64,000 nt of DNA, from NCBI RefSeq assembly GCF_001194135.2, contig NC_068996.1:16464849-16528848 (forward strand). The letters are read 5' to 3'. The translations under genes were made by a program, and so were the position numbers. This stretch comes from Octopus bimaculoides. Taxonomy: Eukaryota. This document shows, piece after piece, positions 36,871 to 48,872 of the stretch (position 1 is its first letter; each line of letters starts with the position of its first letter). The notes below the pieces were generated by a model, which worked only from the letters and a program-made list of their open reading frames with translations, did no database searches and was not told where the DNA came from.

Positions 36871-38640
36871 ATATCGAAAAGGCATATTCCAAAGAGACAG
36901 CCTCTCTGTGATGTTTATACTTTCTGAAAACCCCTTGTCATTCATGTTAAAGAAGTCTGAAGGATATCTCACTGGTTCACAAGGAAACAAAAATACCAAA
37001 ATTACACACTGTTTCTTTGTGGGTGACTTAAACTTTATGCAATGAATATGCATGAGATGAAAAAGGGCCTTGACCTAGTTACAACATTCTCAAAGGATGT
37101 AGGAGTGGAGTTTAGTCAGGATAAATGTTGTTATATGGTTGTGAAAAGGGGGAAACTGTAAACCCTATATCTGATGAGGAATGTTACAGGTATCTAGGGG
37201 TTGATGAAAATATATTTTGCAATTGCGCCTGTGACAAAACACGTGTCACTAAAGAATATTACAGCCTAATAAAGGAAATCTGGACCTCAGAACCCTCTGC
37301 ATTCAATAAAACAGCGGCCCTCAATGTGTTTGCTGTGCCAGTACTTATACCAACATCTGGGCTGCTTGATTGGACACTTGATGAGATCCGAGCCATTGAT
37401 GTGAAAACCCGGAAGATACTAACAAGCACATAATTTCCACATAAGCAGTAACGTAGACCGCCACTACCTAAAACGTGAACAAGGCGGCAAAGGCTTTTAA
37501 CATCGATCCAAAATGCCTTTGAATGTCGCATCATATCCCTTTGGCAACATCTTTTAACCACCAAGTGCCGAAGTGCATCCCTTAACCAAGTTTGCATACA
37601 TGAGGTTGATAACATCGAAGGCAGCTTTTTGAGCAACACTTTTGTCTGATAACCTAGAATACATGCCCAAAGAAGTTGCACGACTCTACCGCAACGTATC
37701 ATCAGATGAAAGGATGAGACTATATGAGCAGAAGACTCTGCATGGATATGTTAGTAGAAAGCTCCGTGATGATAGTAACACCGATCACCAAAGCAGTTTA
37801 TCATGGACCAATAGCCGGATTACTACTTCCCACTTTGAAGGGTATGCGTTTGCAATCCAGGTACAGGAAATATCAACCAAGTACCTAATGCACAAAAAGA
37901 GATAGAGATGCAGGAAAAGCAGTAAAATGTGACAACCGATGCAGACTGTATGGAGTTTACACAGAAGTATCACCCACATCATAAAGAGTTGTCCGACAAT
38001 GTCATCACAGTATTATCTATCGATGACGTTGTAGCACTCTATAATGAAATCCTATAGGGCACTTTATAATGAAATCCGTTGGAAGGATAATCCCGAGGAC
38101 GAAGAAATAAAAATCCACAATACGGTAGAAGTCATAGCCACTCATAATAAAAAGTAATACTGGTGGAATGTACCAGTAAAGACCTCAATAAAAGGTAAGC
38201 ACAACAAACCCGATATGATGATTTGGGATAGAGAAAAGAAACTGTGTACAGTTGTGGAAATTAGCTGCCCAGAGGATGTTAACATAAAGCTGAAGATCAA
38301 TGTAAAAGAGAACACCTATGCTGAACTACTGAGAAATCTATCCAGATTACAAGTTCAGGTTTATAACTGTAATTATTGGGGACCTGGGATATGTAACACA
38401 TTGCCTAAATACCAATCTTGACAAATTAGGCTTCTCAAAACCAGAAAGGAGAAAGCTACTTCGAAGGCTAGATCCGATCCATCACGGGCGCTGTAAAAAT
38501 CTATAAAACTTACCAGAAGTTTATTGTTTAAATATATATGAGCATGTCTAAATATGTAACTATATGCATGAGAATACATACATAAAATATACAAATCTGC
38601 ACATACATACATACATACATACATACATACATACTTACAT
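36871..38640 (+). mobile_element. 5'-truncated, inactivated R4/Dong-type non-LTR retrotransposon (RT plus RLE endonuclease)
   Basis: RT motifs KGIFQ.DSLS..NPLSFML, THCFFVGDL (catalytic DD mutated to GD, 37016-37027), YRYLG, NVFAVPVL, IDVKTRKIL, REQGGKG, YEQKTLHG, EGYAFAIQ. RLE motif HNKPDMMIWD..VVEISCP at ~38200-38270. Multiple stops and frameshifts; ends in (ACAT)n. Confidence 0.9.
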
Positions 38641-39536
38641 GCATACATGTATGTGAGTATAAGAATGAATGTATGTATATTAGATTTTGTGCATGCCTAA
38701 ATAGCCCCTTGCCCAAACCTTAGTTGTTATATAACCAACCAATTTTAATCATCCCCACATCTCTATAAAGACAATTTACAGTCTTGCTGATCATAAAAAT
38801 ATAGGTCGTCGAACTGGCTAAGCCGTCACAACGTCGGTTTGAATGCTTCGCGGCTGTTTGTTCCGATTTTGAGTTCAAATGCTTTCTAAGTGAAACGCAG
38901 TAATAATATATTTGTTGACAGAATGAACGTGAAGAAAGACACATTGTAATAGATAGTCTAGCAGTTTCCCCGGATGTCGGAATTTAATTGGTTACAAACA
39001 TTACTAGTAGACACTGAATAGAAACTGATAAAAAATAACTACCACCACCACCACCACCACCCTCTCACTATCCTTCTTCCTCCCCTTCTCTCATTCTCTC
39101 TCCCACTCTCTTTCTCATATGTAAGGAAGGGAATCTAATATCTATGTAGTTTTCTATCCATAAATCTTTAACAGTTAGAATATCACAGAATTTCCCGCCA
39201 TATTGTTTTAATTAGAAACTTGCGCCTTCTCCAAAGGTCAGCTTTACCACGACCTTTGTCAGATAATAAATGGTTTTGTTTTTTCTTTTCTTAGACATTC
39301 TAAGATAAGGCANNNNNNNNNNNNNNNNNNNNNNNNNNNNNNNNNNNNNNNNNNNNNNNNNNNNNNNNNNNNNNNNNNNNNNNNNNNNNNNNNNNNNNNN
39401 NNNNNNNNNNNNNNNNNNNNNNNNNNNNNNNNNNNNNNNNNNNNNNNNNNNNNNNNNNNNNNNNNNNNNNNNNNNNNNNNNNNNNNNNNNNNNNNNNNNN
39501 NNNNNNNNNNNNNNNNNNNNNNNNNNNNNNNNNNNN

Positions 39537-39607
<71 letters not shown>

Positions 39608-40670
39608 TAGTAAGCAATGAGAAGGTTAGAACATTCAGTCAAACCTGGTGTTCCGGCTCTTTGGGCAAATGTGTGATCTAACATAAGACACCTCATTTAC
39701 GAAGACATTGGTGAGTGAACTTGGGATGAGACGTAAATATTTATATGTGCGTGTATCTATGTGTGTGTGTATCTGTAAATGTACATATATGTGTGTGCAT
39801 ATATCTATATATGTATATATATAGATATATATACATACATACACACACATACATATTTGCATGCATGCATGTATATATATACATATGCAGAAAGAGTTTT
39901 CGTCACCAGACGTGTGTACTTTGAGTGATCAGTTTGTTTTACCGCTAAAACTACCGCTTGAACTGCAACTGAAAAATGCGGCCAGAAAAGGTTTCTCCTT
40001 GGGCGGATATTGATTAAAATAAATTTTTTTTTTTTTTTTTTTTAATTGGCATCACTCGAAAGACGTTTCATTCAGATAGAGAATATAAACAGATAAAGTC
40101 TCTTACAGCTATTTCTAGAATAGCCAAGCATGTGGATCATGATATTGTGTAAGGATTTCATTGTGTAAGGATTTCATAAGCTTAGTATTCCATCATTGGA
40201 GAGGGAGAAGTCAAAGAATATAAGAATGGAGAAATATACTCAACCGAGGATATTAGTACTTTCCAATTTGTCAAAATTAAAGGAAGTATCAGAGTGAAAT
40301 AGGTACGTGGTGCGTAGTTCCTTGACTGAATAAATGATGAAGTTATACGTAAAGTCCATTAGCAGTTTCAAAAGACAATGTTTGATTATAATCCATGTCA
40401 AAAACACAGAGGACGTTACCAGTTCCTTTTTGGAATAGAGTTAAGTAAAAATGATATACTAGAGTGTGAAGGAAAGACAGAAAGACATGGTAGATGTACT
40501 GAAGCATCTATATACCATTCCGTATTGTAAAGTAATGTTTGTTAATGAAACATTGACAAATATGCTTGGCTATTCTAGAAATAGCTTTAAAGACTCTATC
40601 TGCTTATATTGAATGTTTTCGAGTGGTGCCAAATACTTTGCTTTTTCATTTTTTACTTTAATCTCTCTCT

Positions 40671-40723
<53 letters not shown>

Positions 40724-40780
40724 GTCATTATTATTATTATTATTTATTTATTTATCTATTTATTTATCTATTTATTTAAT

Positions 40781-41250
40781 ATATCTTTCTCCGTTTTCTT
40801 CCTCTGTTTAGACGAACTTTCCTACCTTTTCGGACAAAACCTTTTGTAACCTTCGTCCTGTCTTTGTCCTTATATGTTTTTAATTGATATTAGCCCTTGT
40901 GGCCAATAAAACGAATTTATTATTATTATTATTATTTANNNNNNNNNNGCTCTATACCCCTTTCTTATTTTTTCTGACCAGGCTCCCGCGGTTTTATGGG
41001 TTTTTCCACGTGTAACCTTTCCTTCTTCGAAGCGCCTCCCCCTTTGGGAGTTCTATTTATTTATTTATCTATTTATTTATCTATTTATTTGTTATATCTT
41101 TTTCCGTTTTCTTCCTCTGTTTAGACGAACTTTCCTACCTTTTCGGACAAAACCTTTTGTAACCTTCGTCCTGTCTTTGTCCTTATATGTTTTTAATTGA
41201 TATTAGCCCTTGTGGCCAATAAAACGAATTTATTATTATTATTATTATTT
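40781..41250 (+). mobile_element. Two head-to-tail 3' ends of a non-LTR (L1/Tx1-like) element
   Basis: 40781-40937 and 41094-41250 are near-identical and both end tagcccttgtggccAATAAAacgaattt(ATT)n. Family assignment is inferred from this 3' end style. Confidence 0.55.
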
Positions 41251-41547
41251 AGGTTTGGCTCAGACAGACAGACAGACACCTAAAGATAGGTTGGTAGACA
41301 GAGAGACATATAGGTAAGTAGGTAGGTAAGGGGTGAGTAGGTAGGTAGGTAGGTAGGTAGGTAGACACAGAGAGATTTATGCAACGTGATAAGCCAACGT
41401 TAACACATTTAATATATAGAGCATTAAAGAGCTAACAAAAAATATAATCATTGGGTAACAAACGATTGACACGTGTGTGGAACGCAGAAAATTCTGACCG
41501 ATTTTAATTTCAAGCATAAAAAAGCCTTTTTTTTTATAGCGTCTATC

Positions 41548-41618
41548 GTCATAATAGCCGATGAGAATGCATTGTAGCTCTTAGCTCCGGCATTTGAAAC
41601 TCTGAGTCCTATTATGAC
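41548..41618 (+). ncRNA. Type I hammerhead ribozyme fold with variant core
   Basis: Perfect 10-bp stem I GTCATAATAG/CTATTATGAC; core CCGATGA (U4>C); 6-bp stem II GAATGC/GCATTT; GAAA; stem III ACT/AGT with CTG loop; GTC cleavage triplet (C41608). Confidence 0.7.
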
Positions 41619-41799
41619 AACTTACTGATTGCCCTAATCTATACATACATAAATTCCTCTATTTACCAAATATCGTGGTTTCATTCTTCTGTTGTCATTC
41701 ATCACCATCATCACCATCATATGTGTGTGTGCGTTTGTGCCTGTTTTTGTGCCCACCACAGTGAAATGACTGAAACAAGTAAAAGAATCTATATATATG

Positions 41800-41849
<50 letters not shown>

Positions 41850-42189
41850 TATATATACACATACACACATACATATGCATATATACACACAGACACACAT
41901 TATATATATATATAATATAATAAATGTGAAAACTAATTTGTGTGTCAGTGTGTCACAATTTGACATCCCTCTCTTACTATTCAATGACACTCCTACTATT
42001 CCTGATGATGGGGGGAAGAGTAATAGTAGGCATAGAGACGGTGAGGGCGGTGGTGAAGACAGAGAAAAAAAGAGAGAGAGAGAAAGAAAGAAAGAAAGAA
42101 AAAGAAAGGGGCGAAAGAGGGCCTGAACACTGAAGTAACATGCTGAATAACTTACTGGTAATAGTATGAGCTGTAGTTGTGATAGAGAC

Positions 42190-42405
42190 GGAGGCAGCGG
42201 TGATGGTGGTGGTGGTGGTGGTGGTGGTGGTGGTGTTCAGGGATGATGGTAAGAGTAAGTGATGTGAAAGACAGTGGTGGAGGGGAAGGCAGCGAAGTCA
42301 AAAGTATTGATGGTGGCGTCAGAAGTCTGAATGGTGTGTGTATGGCAGGTGCGATGGCGATAGTGGTGGTACTGGTGATGGTGATTGGTTGAAAACAATC
42401 AATAG

Positions 42406-42453
<48 letters not shown>

Positions 42454-42530
42454 GCAGACAGGCAGACAGACAGGCAGACAGACAGACAGACAGACAGACA
42501 GGCAGATAGACAGAGAGTGACAGAGAGTAA
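42190..42530. repeat. (GGT)n, (GA)n and (GACA)n compound microsatellites
   Basis: Directly visible. Confidence 0.85.
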
Positions 42531-43331
42531 GAGGTTAGATAGAAAAAAATATTGTACTGACCCCCTGAATGGGAAGACAAAAAATATTGTTTATCATGTA
42601 GCTTTGCAATAATTTCCAAGTCAACAAATTATATCATTGTTTTGATGAAAATTGTTCACTGCTTGAAAAATATTGGTCAAGTTGAATAAAATTTTATATG
42701 TACTCAATGCATGAAGTGTCATTATTGGGCCCAAGGCCTAATGAAGAGCCCTCCACAGGAATTTTAAGCTAGTATAGTATATACATTTGTATGAATATAT
42801 TGTGTTAACGACATCAATGATTGATTAGTCGCTGGTTCTCTGTAGACCACTGGAAATGAGATGTGGGTAGTATGCGGTGCTAGCAGATACCTATTACCGA
42901 TGGTGCACAAGACCAGCCGAATCACGTGACAGCTACCAATGCTTGACAATTCCTGTCTGCTACCGATATTTCGATATTCTTATATAGAAGAGAATTTCTC
43001 AAGGTAAACAGCACAGCATCACAGAACTCCTGTAATAAATACATCCCCGAATAAACAGGATATAAAACTTGCCTTGTCATTCGCTAATATTTAATGCGTA
43101 TCTATGAGTATGTGTGTCTATACATACATAACCTATATATGTATGCGTGTATGTGTATATATGTGTATGTATTATGTATATATGTAGATAGATAGATAGA
43201 TAGATGCACACACAGAGGATGAGTAATTGTTTACACAATGTGTGTTCTTGTTTCTTGTGTGTATTTTTGGAAATATGTGTGAATGTGAGTGTATGAATCT
43301 ACATACGTTTGTATGTATACTTGTATTCATG

Positions 43332-43387
<56 letters not shown>

Positions 43388-43452
43388 TGCATTTGTGTGT
43401 GTGTGTATGTGTGTATGTATATGTATGTGTGTGGTTACGTATAATGCATACA

Positions 43453-43487
<35 letters not shown>

Positions 43488-43926
43488 TTTATACATGGAT
43501 ACAAACATACATATGTAATGTACGTAGATACATACACACACATTCACACATATTTCCTGGTTATATTAAAAACAACGTTAATTTCTTATTCGCTACTACT
43601 CTTCTGTTGAATTTCATTCTAACTTATCTAGGATAGTGCAGGTTATTAGGATAGTAGTAGGTTAGTTCTTAGGTTATTTGGTTCCTTAACAGAGTATGTA
43701 ATAGGGGTTAGATGCCATCGTTTTTTGTTTTGGGGGTTTTTTTTTCATTTCTTAAAGAATACACTGTTTTGTACGTAGTTACAGTTTAACGAAGCCGGAA
43801 AGACGTTGTACAGCAGACATGAAGCATACATGTGCGTATGCGCATGTGTTTGAGAAAAAGAGAGAGAGAGATAGAGATCTTGTCAGTTGAGAAGGAAGAT
43901 GTCACATAGTACAAGCTGAATGTTAC

Positions 43927-43987
<61 letters not shown>

Positions 43988-44057
43988 GTAATAATAATAA
44001 TAATAAATATAATCATGATGATGATGAAGATGATGATGATGATAATGATGATGGTGG
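43927..44057. repeat. (AAT)n(GAT)n trinucleotide microsatellite
   Basis: Directly visible. Confidence 0.95.
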
Positions 44058-44900
44058 TGTGCATGTGTGTGTACGAACTTGTATGCCTGGATATTATTTA
44101 TACTCGTATGTATGCATGTGTACATGGAATTGTGTACATTCAAGGTTTCCGTAACTGTGTATATGTGTGGCGCCATCCAATTAGAGGACAGAAAATGTTG
44201 TCACAAATGAGAGTATGAAATCCCTAAGGAATACTCTACTGAAAGTTAAACCCCGCCATTTTCTAACAGGAAACAGTCATCTTTGGCGAATCACATAAAT
44301 TAGATGTTGTAAAAATTAGTGTCTTTGGAAAACTCCGCAAAAGTGTATGTTCCATTTCTCATCCCAATTAACGAGTCCAACATCGTTTCCTTGCTAAAAT
44401 AACAACCAAATCACTTTTAAATACCATCAATTTTCAAACAAAGGAAAAATGTATTTAGTATTTGTTCCTAGATACCATATATACTTCCATGGATTAGACG
44501 TGTGTGTGTGTGTGTGCGTGTGTGTGTGTACGTGTGTGTGTTTATTTATCTGTGCCATCTGATCATTCGTTATAATTGATTATAATGTGTTTATTCATTA
44601 ATCTTGGTTATGAATCCCTCAACCACATANNNNNNNNNNNNNNNNNNNNNNNNNNNNNNNNNNNNNNNNNNNNNNNNTATACAAATCATAATAAGCAACA
44701 AGGATATCCAGAGGTAATGCAGTACGATCGTTTCACAAAACTCCATTTAATTGAACAATGCAACCATTATATCAATTTAAGTACAGAGCAATCCTCAGCT
44801 GCATAAAGACATAGAATTAAATTAAATTAAAACAGATGGACACATTAGTATAATTTTACGTAAATCCTCCAAGAAGGTAAGGAGATAGACAAAGAACGTG

Positions 44901-44946
44901 CTGTCTTCACTTCAGCTTAGTAGCTTCTAAGCTGAAGTGAAGACAG
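44901..44946. repeat. Perfect 20-bp inverted repeat with 6-nt spacer
   Basis: CTGTCTTCACTTCAGCTTAG-tagctt-CTAAGCTGAAGTGAAGACAG. Confidence 0.95.
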
Positions 44947-45064
44947 TGAAGACAATATTAAAAATATTATTATAATTTTACAGCGTTTTCAAGAATAACA
45001 GCTAAACAATTACTGATGGTGCGACACTTTATTGAGCAAAGAGTAAAATTTATAGTGAAGATCT

Positions 45065-45300
45065 AAGCGCTGTGTGGTTAAGACATTTGCTTCCCAACCA
45101 CATGGTTCTAAGTTGATCCTCACTGCATGACACCTTGGATGTTTTTTACTATAGCTTCGACCGACCAGTGTTGTGAGTGGATTTGGTAGACGAAAGCTGA
45201 AATATATAGATATGTGTGTGTGTGTCCTCCACTACTGCTTGATAACCTAAATTAGCGGTTGAGAAAAAGCCACCGATAGTACCAGGAACTTTACAAGCAA
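45065..45300 (+). mobile_element. SINE family A, deleted copy
   Basis: tgtgtggttaag..cccaaccacatggttc..gtgagtggatttggtagacg..ttagcggtt. Confidence 0.7.
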
Positions 45301-45412
45301 GTTTATAATCTGTTTGGGGATTTACATAAAAAGATGAGCGAAAGAAAGGTAAAGGAGCAAGAAATGCGATAAAAGTACACAACGCTTGCATTCTTCATTC
45401 GTCCTAACGCAG

Positions 45413-45527
45413 GAAAGCTTCCAACTATGTCAATCAAGGAATCCTGCAGAACCAGGATCACCCAAAATGCAGAGTTTGTTCGATGTCACCCTCGTTGAGG
45501 GAGACTAAAATGGCAGATAGCGAGGAA
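45413..45527 (+). other. Candidate exon (unassigned)
   Basis: Acceptor-like ttcttcattcgtcctaacgcag; donor GAA|gtaagt; one open frame KASNYVNQGILQNQDHPKCRVCSMSPSLRETKMADSEE. No homolog recognised. Confidence 0.25.
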
Positions 45528-45759
45528 GTAAGTAAATATGAGTGTCGAAAAGAGAAACAATTGCGATTAGTGAGCTGTAGTGAGAGATTTACAATGATTG
45601 GAGTAGCAAATATTTTGATAAAAATGAAACTGCAAATTTTTGTCGTAAATTTGGCAGGCTCTATAATTTCTTTTAACTTTGTAGTTAACATTCAAATACT
45701 ATGAAAAGCAGAAATTTAAACGAATCATGCAAAGTGTTGATTTTAAATTAAAAAGTGGT

Positions 45760-46072
45760 CTTCCGTTGGTTACGACGACGAGGATTTCAGTTGATCAAAG
45801 CAACGGTACAACTTTCTCGTGAAATTAATATGAAAGTAGCTGAGCACTTCATAGACACGCGTATCCTTAACGTAGTTCTCAGGCTAATTCAGCATCATAA
45901 GAATGCTATAGGACTGGCCTTTGAAATACAGGCACTACTCATTTTTGCCAGCTGAGTGGACTGGAACAACATGAAATAAAGTGCCTTGCACAAAGACATA
46001 ACGCACCACCGGGAATCGAACTCACGTCCTTTCGATCGGGAACATCCTAACCACTAAGCCACGCGCCTTCAC
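45760..46072 (-). mobile_element. SINE family C (tRNA-like head, V-domain-like ccagtccactcagctg core)
   Basis: Reverse complement reads gtgaaggcgcgtggcttagtggttagg..gagttcgattccc..gttccagtccactcagctggcaaaaatgagtag. Related pieces at 46830-46960 and 62975-63110. Confidence 0.8.
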
Positions 46073-47049
46073 TGATTTTAAATAATGGAAATTCATACAT
46101 CCATACCCTAACACAAACATACAGCTCGTTTTTATAACCGCTTTTTTTTTTCTTTTTCATTCTTTCTGTAGTTTGATCCTGTCTACTTCACATACATACA
46201 AACACCCTTCATATAACTTGCTTTTCTGGCTGAATCTTATATATGACAATCAATCATTAACAAAACATATTGTTGGATATTTTAGGGAAAAAATATTATT
46301 AAATATAATAAATTGGTTAATATTTAATTTCATACACATAGACACATATATATTTGCATAAGCACACGCACACACATATGAAAAATAATTTTAAGCAAAA
46401 ACAGAAAATAGTTTCATATTTAATTTCATATCTATATACACGCATGCGCCTGAAAGTTTAGTTATGAAAAGTTTCGACATTATTACAGTCTATTACCTCC
46501 CACTGTGACTGTTTCTTAACTTTCTAAAAAAATCACGTATCTTAGCAAAATTTTACAAATATATGTTATGAAAAGTGTGGATTACGATTTTGTTAATAAC
46601 ATTTTTAGAACAAAGCATTTTTTTATGAAGCTTAAATCTTTCTCCGCCACCCCATCCCCTCTTTGTTACCATCAATTTCCGTCACTTAAGAAGTATTTTA
46701 TAGTTTTTGGGGATTTTATTTTTCAGATGTCTATGTTTGACAACGTAAGTGTAATGTAATCCACACTCTTGAAAAGATATGTGTGCAAAATAGCATTTAA
46801 AAATATGCATTTTAAAGAGGATGTAAATACAAGGAGATCGTGGTTTCAATTCTCGGACTGGCCGTGCGTTTTATGTTCGTGAACAATGGACTTCATTTCA
46901 CGATACTCCAGTTCACTCAGCTGTAAATGAGTAATTCTGCGATCTGTGACTAGTGTCCTGAGCAAGGGAAGTGTAGTGATCTTGGCTACTTAAACACATG
47001 GAAAACAAGATAAATGGCTTTATGATTCCTAGGACTCGAAACAGTTTTT

Positions 47050-47260
47050 TTATTACATAGGTACAAGAAATTATGGAAAGAGGTAAGTCGACAAAAAAAC
47101 GACTTTAGAACTCCATCGATAGAAAATTTCATCAAGCTTGGTGAGATGAGAGCCAAAATTGATCTTAATAGGCTTTGGACTCGGAATGTAAATGACCAGC
47201 TTTACTACCGGAAGGTATTTTGTTCGACGCTCTAATCATTTTGCCAATACACCGCCGCCC
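47050..47260 (-). mobile_element. SINE family B, old copy
   Basis: gtacaag..gtaagtcgac..ggactcggaatgtaa..gctctaatcattttgcca. Confidence 0.6.
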
Positions 47261-47738
47261 AAATCGCCAAACGAAGAGAAAAAGAAACACTTGTCATATC
47301 ACATATTTTCTATGCAACCATCAAGAAACATTATTGCAACTTACATTAATCATGTTGTACACATTCACCACTAAACATTACTACAATTCAAATTAAACAT
47401 ATTGCCTACAGCACAAACAAAACATTAAGTAAAACAAGAAATGCAAAAATTCAAAAATTTTGCATCTCGCGAAATACAACGCTGCGCACAGCTCAGGATC
47501 AGAGGTGCACCTGGTAGTGTAGAAGAATCCCTGCTATCAGTATATGGCTGGAAATCAGGTTCCTGTCATTGGAACTATGGAAGATAAAGATCCTTGAAAT
47601 AGAAATATTAAGCTCAAAATGATTTGAACGTAAGAAGTACGATAGTTAAAAAAAAAAGCTCGGAGATTAATTCTTGGCGCTCTGTCACAGCTTATGTCCA
47701 ATCTACCAACATCCCTCATTGTTCAAATTAAACCCAAC

Positions 47739-47813
47739 CTGGAGAAGAAATGCAAGTTTCGATGAAACTGTCCATCAAAAACAGTGGGACTCCACTTGAT
47801 TAGACGGGTAAAT
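47739..47813 (-). other. Candidate 75-nt exon (unassigned)
   Basis: Minus-strand acceptor tttctaccaactctacag and donor CAG|gttggg, in a repeat-free island. Confidence 0.25.
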
Positions 47814-48604
47814 CTGTAGAGTTGGTAGAAATAGGTTTCTTTCACACACACACACAAAGAAGCTGTTGGAGTGAGGCTATCAATCACCACCCAGCGCCGC
47901 CGTCTATTAGAATAACAGTGTAATAATATCCGAGTGTCCATTAAACAACTGACAACTCTGGTTTTAGTGAAAACGCTCCATAGAGGATATCTTTCATAAT
48001 TACTAGGTGCAACTGTATAATTTAAAGTTTTCTGTTACTCGCTTTCTGATTCTAGTTAAAGAAACATTTCACACAAATGTCTGGTGTCCAGTCACACCTT
48101 TCTTTCAACTACAAATGATGTTTTATTAAGCCTGAGATTCACCCTCCTCTCACCTGTGAAATAACATAGAAAAATCGAAACAAGAATAATAAAAACAGTC
48201 ACTTTAAAGTGAGAAAGAAAAATGTGGCTAAAAAAAGGACAACAGAAAAAAAGTGTCAGGGAAGAGAAAAGAAAAATGGAAGTTAGAAACGAATCCTTTA
48301 TTTAAGATGAGGGATTTTATGAATATTCATTACAAATTGTACGGCTCTATGGTTAACAAGTTCGCTTCCAAATCACGTAAGCTGTACATGCAACCCAGCT
48401 ATGTTGTATTTTTTAAGGTGATAATTTTTTTTTTTCAGTTCTCTTCTGACTTGAGAGTAATTTTTTTAAAACATCTTCCCATCACAAAAATTTCTGACAT
48501 TGATGGGCGTGAGTGGAGTGACAAGAATTTTGCTTCCCAATCATTTGGTTCTGAATTCAGTCCTATTGCGTGAAAACATTGATAAATGTCTTCTACTGTA
48601 TATT

Positions 48605-48872
48605 GGGATTAACCAAAGCCTTGTGAGTGGATTTCGTATACGTGTATGTCTTTGTGTTCCTTTGTCTCTCACTACTGTTTGATGACGGGTGTTGGTGTAT
48701 TTACGTCCCATAACTTAGCAGTTCGGCAGAGTGTAATCGAAAGAATAAGTGTCACGCTTTATAAAAAACGTGTAAAATAAAGTACTGGGTTTCGTTCATT
48801 CGACTAAAATTGCCCAAAGCGATGTTCCAGTATGGCCGCTCTTTAATGACTTGAAACAAGTAAAAGATAAAA
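48605..48872 (+). mobile_element. SINE family A, 5'-truncated
   Basis: accaaagccttgtgagtggattt..cttagcagttcggc..ccagtatggccgc..gaaacaagtaaaaga. Confidence 0.8.

Noticed and set aside
41990-42030. CCTACTATT/AATAGTAGG stem enclosing CTGATGA
   Set aside because: Lacks stem II and GAAA, so it is not a hammerhead.
46000-46072. tRNA gene-like A/B boxes (also in SINE A and B heads)
   Set aside because: No complete cloverleaf, and each continues into a repeated SINE body.
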